Positions 1 to 8,914 of a DNA stretch of 57,546 nucleotides are shown here, piece after piece. The DNA is from an uncultured Candidatus Saccharibacteria bacterium. GTDB taxonomy: Bacteria > Patescibacteriota > Minisyncoccia > Minisyncoccales > RBG-13-42-11. Each line of letters opens with the position of its first letter. Position 1 is the first letter of the stretch. The stretch lies in assembly GCA_964648545.1 (NCBI GenBank), contig CAZYNZ010000001.1, forward strand, positions 1 to 57,546. The letters are read 5' to 3'. A program made the translations under genes and the position numbers. The notes below the pieces were generated by a model, which worked only from the letters and a program-made list of their open reading frames with translations, was not told the origin of the DNA and ran no database searches.

Positions 1-206
1 CCGGATTTTATAAACCAGCTTTTGGCGGGGGGTTTGGCTGGCAGAGAAAGGGCAGATTTAGAGGAAAAATTGAAGAAGCCAGAGGAGGGGGGCCTGGCGG
101 CTACTGCGTTTGTCCGAAATGCGGTTATAAAATTCCTCACCAGCCCGGTATTCCCTGTTCCCAGCTTTTGTGTCCGAAGTGTAAAATTAACTTAGTCAGA
201 GAATAA
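1..206 (+). CDS. DUF5320-like small Gly/Cys-rich protein, 3' fragment (5' end outside window)
   Basis: The frame is open from the window edge to TAA 204-206. The translation ...GGGFGWQRKGRFRG...GGYCVCPKCGYKIPHQPGIPCSQLLCPKCKINLVRE has a Gly-rich region plus a CxCPxCG...CPxC zinc-ribbon tail. The stop lies 1 nt before the next ATG. Confidence 0.6.
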   Translation, partial: GFYKPAFGGGFGWQRKGRFRGKIEEARGGGPGGYCVCPKCGYKIPHQPGIPCSQLLCPKCKINLVRE

Positions 207-207
207 T

Positions 208-486
208 ATGGCAAGACCATTAAAACCAAGAAGAGTATTGTTTGACCCGGACGTGGTCTATTTTAAACCAAGAGCCGTGCCCTTATCTTTGTTGGAAGAG
301 GTTGATTTAAGCATGGATGAATTGGAGGCGCTGCGACTTTGCGATCTGAAAAATCTGGAACAAAGGGAAGCTGCAAAGAAAATGAAAGTTTCCCAGAGCA
401 CTCTCCAGAGAATTTTGACTTCGGCTAGGAAAAAAGTTACCCTAGCCTTGATAGAGGGAAAGGCCATAAAAATCAGAAAGACATAA
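208..486 (+). CDS. DUF134 (UPF0251) family predicted DNA-binding protein
   Basis: 92 aa. It has the family-typical N-terminus MARPLKPRRVLFDPDVVYFKPRAVP, then LSMDELEALRLCDL and an HTH-like segment EAAKKMKVSQSTLQRIL. Confidence 0.75.
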   Translation: MARPLKPRRVLFDPDVVYFKPRAVPLSLLEEVDLSMDELEALRLCDLKNLEQREAAKKMKVSQSTLQRILTSARKKVTLALIEGKAIKIRKT

Positions 487-522
487 AAAGGTCGAATTAT
501 TTTCATTTAAAAATTTAAGAAT

Positions 523-1080
523 ATGCCAAATAAAAATATATCGGAAGAAACTCAGTGGTTTTTAAAAACTCTCCAGACATTGCAAGATGATTTTGCCGAG
601 AGCGTTGGCGCTCAGATTGTGACGACGGATAAAAACGGGGATTTAGTAACAAAAATGAGCGGTCAAATGAAAGTTTGCAGCGATTTTATTCAAAAGACGG
701 AGAAAGGGAAGAAGGGGTGCACAGATACTTATCATACTGCCCTTGGCTTGGTAAAAACTATGAAGGAGGCGGCCTTTATGGATTGTTTCGCTGGCTACGC
801 TTCTTTATGGGTGCCAATTAAGGTTAACGGCGAAATTGTGGGTTCGATTACCGGCTGCGGAGGAAGATTTGACAGAGGAGAAAACAGAGAAGAGTTGGAG
901 AAAAAATTTACAAAATTAGCCAATGATTTGGGAGCTGAGGCGAGCGAAGAATATTTGAAAGAGGCAATTGATAAAGTAAAGGTAGTGACAGAGGAAGAAA
1001 TGAAAAAAAGAGCCGTGAGGCTGGCTAAATTAGTGGGAATCTTGGTGGAAGAAACCGCGTTGAAGGAGGTTTTCGCTTAA
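523..1080 (+). CDS. standalone PocR-like sensory domain protein
   Basis: 185 aa. Cys-containing segments CSDFIQKTEKGKKGC and MDCFAGYASLWVPIKVNGEIVGSITGCG resemble the PocR ligand-binding fold. Adjacency to DUF134 is a common arrangement. Confidence 0.55.
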   Translation: MPNKNISEETQWFLKTLQTLQDDFAESVGAQIVTTDKNGDLVTKMSGQMKVCSDFIQKTEKGKKGCTDTYHTALGLVKTMKEAAFMDCFAGYASLWVPIKVNGEIVGSITGCGGRFDRGENREELEKKFTKLANDLGAEASEEYLKEAIDKVKVVTEEEMKKRAVRLAKLVGILVEETALKEVFA

Positions 1081-1110
1081 TAGGACAATCCCAAGAATAG
1101 GATTCCAAAA

Positions 1111-1132
1111 ATCGCCAAGAAGGCGGTTTTTT
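1111..1132 (+). terminator. rho-independent terminator after the PocR-like gene
   Basis: ATCGCC-AAGAA-GGCGGT stem-loop followed by a T6 run. Confidence 0.6.
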
Positions 1133-1193
1133 GGTAGGATAGAGGACGCGTTAATCGTTGAAATAAAGAGAATATTTTTATTGTAGTAATAAA

Positions 1194-1769
1194 ATGAAGC
1201 AAGAAAAGCCTCAGCAATCAGATGAAGAAGTGGCCGGTTTGGTTCAGGCAGGCGATGTTGATTTATTCGGCGTCTTGATTCATCGCTACGAGGAAAAGAT
1301 AAAGAGATATGCAAGAAAATTCCTCTCAAATTACGAAGACGTAAGAGACGTCGTTCAGGACATATTCTTGAAGGTATACGAGAACATCAGAAGTTTCGAC
1401 ACAAATAGAAAGTTTTCGACCTGGCTGTATCGCATCGCACACAATGAATTAGTCAACAGGCTCAAAAAAAGAAGGATGATTTTACCTTTGTTTGATTTGG
1501 ATACTTTCCTTCCTTTTGTCCTTCATGATAATACGCTCCGAGAGGACATAGACCGTCAGGACGTAAAGAAAATGATTGACGCATGTCTCAATGGGTTGGA
1601 TGCGAAATACCGTGAACCCATCATCCTTTATTACCTGGAAGAGTTGAGTTACAGGGAAATTGCCGATGTGATGCAGATTCCGATTTCAACCGTGGGGATA
1701 AGGATAAAAAGAGCGAAAGATAAAATGAAGACTGTTTTTAAAAAATTAGGATACGGTCATGGAAAATAA
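1194..1769 (+). CDS. ECF-type RNA polymerase sigma-70 family factor
   Basis: 191 aa. Region 2 reads DIFLKVYENIRSFD...FSTWLYRIAHNELVNRLKK. The region 4 HTH reads ELSYREIADVMQIPISTVGIRIKRAKDKMK. Confidence 0.85.
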   Translation: MKQEKPQQSDEEVAGLVQAGDVDLFGVLIHRYEEKIKRYARKFLSNYEDVRDVVQDIFLKVYENIRSFDTNRKFSTWLYRIAHNELVNRLKKRRMILPLFDLDTFLPFVLHDNTLREDIDRQDVKKMIDACLNGLDAKYREPIILYYLEELSYREIADVMQIPISTVGIRIKRAKDKMKTVFKKLGYGHGK

Positions 1770-2529
1770 CCAGCAAAAAAACAACATTATAGACAAGGTG
1801 CTCACCAAAATAAAGAAGGGCGACGTTAAGATGAAGCCCAAAGTGTATTTTGTTTTAAAGACGATTCTAAGCATCGTCGGCGTTCTCGTCGTCGGAGCCT
1901 TTGCCGTATTTTTAATCAGTTTTATCGGTTTTCACTTGCGGGCCAGCGGAGTGGGATACCTGCCACATTTCGGTTTTCTCGGATTCGGGGCTTATTTGAG
2001 ATTGCTGCCCTGGTTTTTAATTATTGCAAGCGTACTCTTGATCGTTCTTTTGGAAATACTTGCCAAGCATTTCGCTTTCGTTTATCGCCGGCCGATCTTT
2101 TATTCCTTGTTGGCTATTATTGTATTCGCTCTTGTGGGAGGTCTTATTATAGATAAAACTCCTTTTCATTCCAGTCTTTTTTTCCAGGCCCGACAGGGAG
2201 AATTGCCTTTCGCAGGACCCATTTATCGTGATTTCGGCATGCCTGAGTTTAGAGACGTGCACAGAGGGGCTGTTTCCCAGACAACGGAAACAGGTTTTAT
2301 TATGGAAACCAGCCGGGGCGATCAGTTAACCGTAATAGTTAATCCCGAAACTCGAGTAAAGTTTAAAGCGCAGATAGAAAGCGGGGACACGGTGGTGGTT
2401 TTCGGGAAGGAAGAAGGGGGTAGGATTACTGCCATCGGCGTGAGCAAGATTGACGACGACCTCAGGCTTTCTCCTTCCATGCGTTCACCTTTATCACCAC
2501 CGGACCGCCTGCCGAGAAGTTTTAAGTAA
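1759..2529 (+). CDS. multi-pass membrane protein, candidate anti-sigma factor with C-terminal DUF5666-like beta domain
   Basis: Overlaps the sigma gene stop by 11 nt. It has about four hydrophobic helices. The C-terminal segment TSRGDQLTVIVNPETRVKFKAQIESGDTVVVFGKEEGGRITAIGV follows. Confidence 0.45.
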   Translation: MENNQQKNNIIDKVLTKIKKGDVKMKPKVYFVLKTILSIVGVLVVGAFAVFLISFIGFHLRASGVGYLPHFGFLGFGAYLRLLPWFLIIASVLLIVLLEILAKHFAFVYRRPIFYSLLAIIVFALVGGLIIDKTPFHSSLFFQARQGELPFAGPIYRDFGMPEFRDVHRGAVSQTTETGFIMETSRGDQLTVIVNPETRVKFKAQIESGDTVVVFGKEEGGRITAIGVSKIDDDLRLSPSMRSPLSPPDRLPRSFK

Positions 2530-2602
2530 CTCCTTCTGAAATAAAAAAGATATATGGTTGTATTAATAATTAGAAAGGTCGGGAAACAAACGATGAAAAA
2601 AC

Positions 2603-3061
2603 ATGAAAAAGATTTTAATTTATAGCATAACGGCGGTTGCGGTTTTCGGTATTTGCGGCATAGGAATAGCCAGCGTTAAGGCCGAAAGCGGCAGCTTGGA
2701 TTACCCGCCAATCATTGAAAAATTTGCCGAGAGGTTCAATCTCAATCTTGACGAGGTAAAGGCCTTTTTCGACGAAATGCGCCAGGAAAGAGGACAAGAA
2801 ATGCAGACGAGATTGGGAGAAAGGCCGGCTTTCAAAGAGCTGACCGACGAGCAAAAAGAAGCACTTGCAGCCAAACGGGAAGAATTGCGCGAGGAATATG
2901 ATACGTTAAAAGGTCTTTCTCTGGAGGAAAGACAGGCTAAAATGGAAGAAAAAAGAGAAGAAACCAAAGCCTGGGCTGAAGAAAACGGAATTGGATTCGG
3001 TTTCTTGAATTGTTTTGGCGGTAAATTCGGTAAGGGTTTCAGAGGGGGATTCGGACGTTAA
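2603..3061 (+). CDS. secreted LTXXQ-motif (CpxP/Spy-like) protein with Gly/Phe-rich tail
   Basis: It has a signal peptide MKKILIYSITAVAVFGICGIGIASVKA, an LTDEQKEAL motif and coiled E/K-rich repeats. The C-terminus is GFGFLNCFGGKFGKGFRGGFGR. Confidence 0.4.
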   Translation: MKKILIYSITAVAVFGICGIGIASVKAESGSLDYPPIIEKFAERFNLNLDEVKAFFDEMRQERGQEMQTRLGERPAFKELTDEQKEALAAKREELREEYDTLKGLSLEERQAKMEEKREETKAWAEENGIGFGFLNCFGGKFGKGFRGGFGR

Positions 3062-3109
3062 GGCGCCGACGGAACGGAGACCTGAGATTTTTTTAATATA
3101 GCAACATCT

Positions 3110-4834
3110 ATGTTCAATAAAATATTCGAGTCGATAGTCCGACACAAAATCATGACTCTCATGGTGATTTTTATAATTTCCCTGGGAACATATTTCATTC
3201 ATCAGAATCTGGCCAAAGATGACGGTCAGGTAAAATACCTTACGGAGGCAGTCCAGAAAGGAACGATCGTTATTTCGGTTTCCGGTTCCGGTCAGGTCGC
3301 CTCCTTGGACCAGGTAGACGTCAAATCAAAGGTTGCCGGCGACATTATTTACGTTGGCGCGGACAAGGGCGAGGAGATAAAAAAAGGAGCTCTTCTTGTT
3401 CGTTTGGATACGAGCGATGCTCAGGAAGCAATAGAGGAGGCGGAAGAAAGCTTTAGGCAGGCGCAGCTGAGTTTGGATAAGATGGAGGGCATGGCGACTG
3501 ACGAGGGTACGATAAGGGGCACTAAAGAAAAAGCGGTAGATAACCTCAATAAAGCCTATACCGACGGTTTCACTACGGTCGCTAATGCCTTTCTTGATTT
3601 TCCGACGGTAATGAGCGGTTTGCAGGACATATTGTTGGGCTATAATCTTTCAAATAATCAATGGAATATAGATTATTATACAAGCAGTGCGCGGGCGTAC
3701 GATGAAAAAGTTTTCCAATACAGGGATGACGCATACGAGAAATACCAAATTGTACGCGAAAAATACGACCAGAACTTCCAAGATTACAAATCCACAGGTA
3801 GGTTTCCGGATAATGCGATAATAGAGTCACTGATAGGGGAAACATACGAGACGACGAAAGACATGTCGGAAGCTATAAAAAGCGTTATCAACTTGATTCA
3901 GTTTTACCAGGACAAACTCATAGAGCGAAATCTCAGGGTGCAATCTCTTTCCGACACTCATCTGGCCAGTCTCAGCGGTTATACGAGTAAAACGAACAGC
4001 TATCTTTCCAGCTTCTATTCCAGCATGAACAGTATTCAGACTTACAGAGAAGCCGTGATAAACGCTAATTTCGACATAGAGGATCAGAAAACCAAGGTGG
4101 CGAAAGCGGAAAAAGCCTTGGCTGATGCAAAAGAAAAGTTGGCAGACTATTCCATTTATTCTCCTTTTTACGGGGTCGTGGCTTCCGTGAACACAGAAAA
4201 GGGCGATTCAATTTCGGCCAGTACGGTTTTATTTAGCCTTATCACCCAGCAGAAAATAGCTGAAATCTCTCTCAATGAAGTTGATGCGGCCGATGTAAAA
4301 GTCGGGCAAAAGGTGACTCTTACTTTCGATGCCTTGCCCGATTTGACCGTAGCCGGGAAGGTTTTCGATGTCGATGCTTTGGGGCAGGTTTCCCAGGGCG
4401 TAGTCAGCTACGGAGTGAAAATTTCTTTTGATGCCCAGAAAGAGAACATTAAGCCCGGCATGAGCGTTACGGCGGACATTATTACCGATTCAAAACAGGA
4501 TGTTTTGTTGGTTTCCAACGGTGCGATTAAATCCCAGGGAGCTTCTTCTTATATTGAACTGGTGGAAATTTCGGATGACATGAAAGAGAAATTATTAGCT
4601 AACGTTTCGGGAATGGTTTTGCCTAGTTCTCCGAAAGCGCAGGTTGTTGAAATCGGATTGTCGAACGATCTTTACACAGAGATCGTCAACGGCCTCAACG
4701 AAGGCGATATTATCGTTACTTCAACAATTAATCCGAGTACAAACCAGACTACCCAAACTGGAAACAGCCAAAGCTTTCAAATACCGGGAATAAGCAGTGG
4801 AGGAGGAAGCCAGATGAGGGTTTTTAGCAGGTAA
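3110..4834 (+). CDS. HlyD/MacA-family efflux adaptor (membrane fusion) protein
   Basis: 574 aa. It has an N-terminal TM helix and a lipoyl-like hairpin halves pattern (VSGSGQVASLDQVDVKSKVAGDI...GALLVRLD ... IYSPFYGVVASV). A long coiled coil and a beta-barrel follow. It sits immediately upstream of the ABC ATPase and permease. Confidence 0.8.
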   Translation: MFNKIFESIVRHKIMTLMVIFIISLGTYFIHQNLAKDDGQVKYLTEAVQKGTIVISVSGSGQVASLDQVDVKSKVAGDIIYVGADKGEEIKKGALLVRLDTSDAQEAIEEAEESFRQAQLSLDKMEGMATDEGTIRGTKEKAVDNLNKAYTDGFTTVANAFLDFPTVMSGLQDILLGYNLSNNQWNIDYYTSSARAYDEKVFQYRDDAYEKYQIVREKYDQNFQDYKSTGRFPDNAIIESLIGETYETTKDMSEAIKSVINLIQFYQDKLIERNLRVQSLSDTHLASLSGYTSKTNSYLSSFYSSMNSIQTYREAVINANFDIEDQKTKVAKAEKALADAKEKLADYSIYSPFYGVVASVNTEKGDSISASTVLFSLITQQKIAEISLNEVDAADVKVGQKVTLTFDALPDLTVAGKVFDVDALGQVSQGVVSYGVKISFDAQKENIKPGMSVTADIITDSKQDVLLVSNGAIKSQGASSYIELVEISDDMKEKLLANVSGMVLPSSPKAQVVEIGLSNDLYTEIVNGLNEGDIIVTSTINPSTNQTTQTGNSQSFQIPGISSGGGSQMRVFSR

Positions 4835-4844
4835 ATAAATTAAG

Positions 4845-5528
4845 ATGCTCGAAGTTAAAGATGTTACCAAGGTTTATAAATCCGGCGGGGTTGAAAACGA
4901 AGTTCTGAAAGGAATTTCTTTTTCTATCGCTGACGGCGAGTTCGTGGCCATTATTGGACCTTCGGGTTCTGGTAAATCAACCCTGATGCATATTTTGGGA
5001 TGTTTGGACAACCCAAGCGGCGGTCAGTATTTCTTTGAGGGCAAGGATGTTTCCAAACTCTCCGACGACGAACTGGCCGATATCAGAAAAAAGAAAATCG
5101 GTTTCGTCTTTCAGTCTTTCAATCTTTTGCCGCGGACGACGGTCTTAAGGAACGTCGTGTTACCCTTACGTTATGCCAACATTCCCAAAAGCGAGCGGGA
5201 AGAAATTGCCAAGAGTTGTCTTTTGGGCGCGGGTTTGGAGGAAAAACATTTTTTTCATCTTTCAAATCAGCTTTCAGGAGGAGAAATGCAGAGAGTGGCC
5301 ATTGCCAGGGCTCTGGTAAACAGCCCTTCTATTATCTTGGCAGATGAGCCGACGGGTAATCTCGACAGCAAGACCGGAGAGCTTGTCATGGAAACTTTCC
5401 GCGAGCTGAACGAACAGGGACGAACGATTATTCTAATCACTCACGAAAAATATATAGCCGATAACGCCAAAAGGAAAATTTCCATTAAAGACGGAGAAAT
5501 CATAGAAGACATAGTTAACCATAATTAA
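4845..5528 (+). CDS. ABC transporter ATP-binding protein (MacB/LolD-type)
   Basis: Walker [10 protein letters not shown], signature [15 protein letters not shown], Walker [12 protein letters not shown]. Confidence 0.92.
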   Translation: MLEVKDVTKVYKSGGVENEVLKGISFSIADGEFVAIIGPSGSGKSTLMHILGCLDNPSGGQYFFEGKDVSKLSDDELADIRKKKIGFVFQSFNLLPRTTVLRNVVLPLRYANIPKSEREEIAKSCLLGAGLEEKHFFHLSNQLSGGEMQRVAIARALVNSPSIILADEPTGNLDSKTGELVMETFRELNEQGRTIILITHEKYIADNAKRKISIKDGEIIEDIVNHN

Positions 5529-5531
5529 CTT

Positions 5532-6752
5532 ATGCTTATAGCCGATTTATTTGAAGAAACATATATGGCGATTTCTGCCAATAAAACCAGGTCGGGCCTG
5601 ACTATTTTGGGTATCGTTATAGGAATAGGTTCGGTCATCGCCATGATTTCAATAGGCCAAGGAGCAACGGGATCCATTGAATCGAATATCCAGTCCATGG
5701 GCGCGAATTTGATCACGGTGTCTCCGGGATTCCAGAGAACTTTTTCCCAGGTTTCAAACAGCAGGGGTTCGGCCCAGACGCTGACGATAGCGGATGCGGA
5801 AGCCATAGCTCAAGGGGTTTCTTCGGTCCAGGCAGTGGCTCCCGAACTTTCCCTTCGCTACCAGGTTGTTGTTAAAGGCCAGAATACCAATACCCAGATT
5901 GTAGGCACCATCCCTTCCTATTTTGAGGTGAGGAACATTGGAATAGGGCAGGGTTCTTCTCTTTCCGATCAAAATATCAGCGGTCAGTCCAAGGTAGCGG
6001 TCTTGGGTAGTACGGTTCGGGACGATTTATTCGCCACGGGAACGAATCCCGTGGGTCAAACAATAAGGATCAACGGTATTAATTTTAAAGTCATAGGCGT
6101 AACCGAAGCTAAAGGGGGAACGGGTTTCGGCAGCCAGGATGACATGATTTTCATTCCCATTACCACGGCTCAGAGGTTTTTAGCCGGGAGCGATTATGTT
6201 TCAAGCATAAACGTTCAGGCCGAAAGCTCCCAGATGATGACACAAGTACAGGCGGGAATCACGAGTTTGCTTTTACAGCGGCACAATATCGCAGATCCCC
6301 AGCTGGCCGATTTCAGCGTTTTTAATCAGCAGGATCTTATTGGGGCCGCCTCCTCTATAACAAATACCATGACCATTCTTTTGGCGGCAATCGCCGGAAT
6401 CTCGCTTATCGTCGGGGGTATCGGCATCATGAATATGATGATGACGACAGTAACCGAAAGAACCAGGGAGATCGGACTGAGAAAGGCCATCGGCGCAAAA
6501 AGATTGGATATAAATCTGCAGTTCCTGGCCGAAGCGGTAATGCTTACTTTTCTCGGGGGAATTTTCGGAATAGTTCTTGGGTGGGCATTGGCTTTTACCA
6601 TAACCTTCTTTAGTGGCATGGCCACACAGATTTCCTTGCTTTCAATCGTTTTGGCTTTTAGCGTTTCCGCAATTATCGGCATTGCCTTCGGTTATTGGCC
6701 GGCCCAAAAGGCAGCAAAACTTAATCCTATCGAAGCATTGAGATATGAATAA
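5532..6752 (+). CDS. ABC transporter permease, MacB/FtsX family
   Basis: 406 aa. It has an N-terminal TM helix, a large extracytoplasmic domain and a C-terminal FtsX-type 3-TM bundle (EIGLRKAIGAKRLDINLQFLAEAV...NPIEALRYE). Confidence 0.9.
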   Translation: MLIADLFEETYMAISANKTRSGLTILGIVIGIGSVIAMISIGQGATGSIESNIQSMGANLITVSPGFQRTFSQVSNSRGSAQTLTIADAEAIAQGVSSVQAVAPELSLRYQVVVKGQNTNTQIVGTIPSYFEVRNIGIGQGSSLSDQNISGQSKVAVLGSTVRDDLFATGTNPVGQTIRINGINFKVIGVTEAKGGTGFGSQDDMIFIPITTAQRFLAGSDYVSSINVQAESSQMMTQVQAGITSLLLQRHNIADPQLADFSVFNQQDLIGAASSITNTMTILLAAIAGISLIVGGIGIMNMMMTTVTERTREIGLRKAIGAKRLDINLQFLAEAVMLTFLGGIFGIVLGWALAFTITFFSGMATQISLLSIVLAFSVSAIIGIAFGYWPAQKAAKLNPIEALRYE

Positions 6753-7173
6753 AAAAATATTACCAATAATCATTGCTGTAATTTTAGTGATTGGTGGGGG
6801 AGGATTTTTTTGGGGGATGAAATACGGAGAAAGCAAAAACGCTCCGGGCAATTTCTCCAGGCAGAATTTTCAGAACTTATCCGCAGAGGAACGTCAGCAA
6901 CTCTTTCAGGGAAATGCGGGGGTAACTATTCAGCGGGGCATGGGTGCGGGTTCGCTTTACGGCGAAGTGGTGTCTTTGGACGAGCAAAGTTTGACTCTCA
7001 AAACTCCGGACGGCGGTTCAAAGATTGTATTTTTTTCTACGTCTACCACGGTATCAGAAATGGCTCAGGGCTCTAAGGATGATATAGAAATCGGCAAACA
7101 GATAATTATCGGCGGCGATGAGAATTCCGATGGAAGTTATACTGCCAGAACGATTCAGATTTCTTCGCGTTAA
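6745..7173 (+). CDS. membrane-anchored DUF5666-like beta-domain protein
   Basis: Overlaps the permease stop by 8 nt. It has an N-terminal TM helix. The C-terminal domain SLTLKTPDGGSKIVFFSTSTTV...DIEIGKQIIIGGDENSDGSYTARTIQI follows. Confidence 0.5.
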   Translation: MNKKILPIIIAVILVIGGGGFFWGMKYGESKNAPGNFSRQNFQNLSAEERQQLFQGNAGVTIQRGMGAGSLYGEVVSLDEQSLTLKTPDGGSKIVFFSTSTTVSEMAQGSKDDIEIGKQIIIGGDENSDGSYTARTIQISSR

Positions 7174-7200
7174 TCGAGTTTTTCTTTTTAACCTGCAGAG

Positions 7201-7223
7201 AATCGCCAAGCCGGCGATTTTTT
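7201..7223 (+). terminator. rho-independent terminator closing the ABC cassette
   Basis: AATCGCC-AAGCC-GGCGATT followed by a T-run. Confidence 0.7.
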
Positions 7224-7453
7224 GCTAATATGAATTAAAGGTCTTATGCATAAAAAACAACAGACAAAAAAATGGGAATAGGATGGCGAAATCGAAAAAG
7301 GCTTAACAAAAAAGCAAAAAAAAGAAAAAGGGGTAAAAAACAATGATGTATTGACAGGGGGAGAAATGCGGAATAGTTCCTTTAATTTTTGATATATGTT
7401 ATCATAAAAGCAGTAAAGAGAGGTTTAATGCCTTATCCAAGGTTCATGGCAAC

Positions 7454-7723
7454 ATGAAAATCAGAGAAAGCAAAAACCTCAGATATGACAAGGTCCCCTG
7501 GAGAGGACCTAGTGACGGTTATGAAAGATTCAACCCTGAAAAATGCCTTCTCGAAAGTTTTGATAGAGTGGATGACAAGATAATCATGTTTTTTAAAAAC
7601 GGAAGCCAGGCGATAATAAAAGCGATAAATATTGAAGGCGGGAGAGAGATCGACGTAATCGAAAATAAACTGAACGATTTTGTGGAAAAGAATTACGAAG
7701 AAATCTTAGACACTCGCATCTAA
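7454..7723 (+). CDS. hypothetical small protein
   Basis: 89-aa ORF with no recognisable motif. Its coding status is supported only by length and position. Confidence 0.4.
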   Translation: MKIRESKNLRYDKVPWRGPSDGYERFNPEKCLLESFDRVDDKIIMFFKNGSQAIIKAINIEGGREIDVIENKLNDFVEKNYEEILDTRI

Positions 7724-7731
7724 AATTTTAC

Positions 7732-8892
7732 ATGCAAAAATTAATTTCGATTAGTTTTTTTTTAATTTTTCTTCTATTTTCATTGCCGGTTTTTGCTCAA
7801 GATAATGTTGAGATAACTTTCTTTTACAGCCAGACCTGTCCGCATTGCGTGGCCGAAGAAGAATTTTTGAAAGATTTACAGGACAGGTATCCTGAAATTA
7901 AAATCAACCAGTACGAGGCGATCTATAGTCAGCAAAATCAAGAACTTTTGAAAGATTTCTACCGGGAATATAGCGTGCCCAAAAATCTCCAGGGATTGGT
8001 GCCGGCCACCTTTACTCCCGAAAAGTATTTTGTCGGTTTCAGTCAGGAAATTGCCGAAGAACTGGAAAGTTGTCTGGAGAAATGTTTGAGGCCGGATAAA
8101 GGAGACGTCTCCCTTATTAATACATCTATAATAGAAAGAAACATTAAAATTCCTTTTTTGGGGGAGATAAAAGTAAGCAGCCTTTCTTTCCCCGTAATGG
8201 CGGCTGCTCTTGGGGTTCTGGACGGTTTTAACGTTTGTTCATTAGGAGCCTTAATATTGATTCTCAGCCTGGTTTTGGCCCTCAATTCAAAGAAAAAAAT
8301 ACTGCTTTTCGGGGGAGTTTTTATCCTGACTACGGCCGTTGTTTACGGACTTTTGATCGTTTTCTGGTACAAACTGTTTGAATTCATAGCCTCTTATTTG
8401 AAGATTATGGAAGTTTTAATAGGAACGCTTGGTTTGGCGGGAGGGGCGTATTTTTTAAAGCAGTTCATCGATCTAAGGAAAAAAGGGCCGACTTGCGAAT
8501 CGGAAGTCGGCGGAAACATAGTTTCGAAATTCTCAAGCAAATTGCAAAATCTTCTGAAAGATCCTTCCGTTTCGAGCCTATTTCTTTTAATCGGTGCAAT
8601 TTTTTCTTTTGCTTTTATTATAACCGTCGTGGAGTTTCCCTGTTCGGCAGTGGTGCCCGTGGCATTCGCCGCCGTTCTGGCGGAAGCGGGATTGTCGACG
8701 TTTCACTATCTTTTCTATATTGCCATTTTCGTCGCATTCTATTTATTGGATGAAATAATCGTTTTTCTCGTTACTTTATTCACCAGCCGGATTTGGTTGA
8801 GTTCGCCGAAGTTCCTGAAATGGATAATTTTAGCGGAGGCGATCATTTTATTATCCCTCGGAATCTATTATCTGTCTGGAATTTTGGGATGA
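7732..8892 (+). CDS. extracytoplasmic thioredoxin/glutaredoxin-fold domain fused to a CcdA/DsbD-like membrane thiol-disulfide transporter domain
   Basis: It has a signal peptide, then FFYSQTCPHCVAEEEF (CxxC). A multi-TM region follows with Cys motifs LDGFNVCSLG and VEFPCSAV, as in cytochrome c biogenesis/DsbD-type transmembrane domains. Confidence 0.65.
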   Translation: MQKLISISFFLIFLLFSLPVFAQDNVEITFFYSQTCPHCVAEEEFLKDLQDRYPEIKINQYEAIYSQQNQELLKDFYREYSVPKNLQGLVPATFTPEKYFVGFSQEIAEELESCLEKCLRPDKGDVSLINTSIIERNIKIPFLGEIKVSSLSFPVMAAALGVLDGFNVCSLGALILILSLVLALNSKKKILLFGGVFILTTAVVYGLLIVFWYKLFEFIASYLKIMEVLIGTLGLAGGAYFLKQFIDLRKKGPTCESEVGGNIVSKFSSKLQNLLKDPSVSSLFLLIGAIFSFAFIITVVEFPCSAVVPVAFAAVLAEAGLSTFHYLFYIAIFVAFYLLDEIIVFLVTLFTSRIWLSSPKFLKWIILAEAIILLSLGIYYLSGILG

Positions 8893-8914
8893 GACGTGTA
8901 GAATAAAAAAGGAG

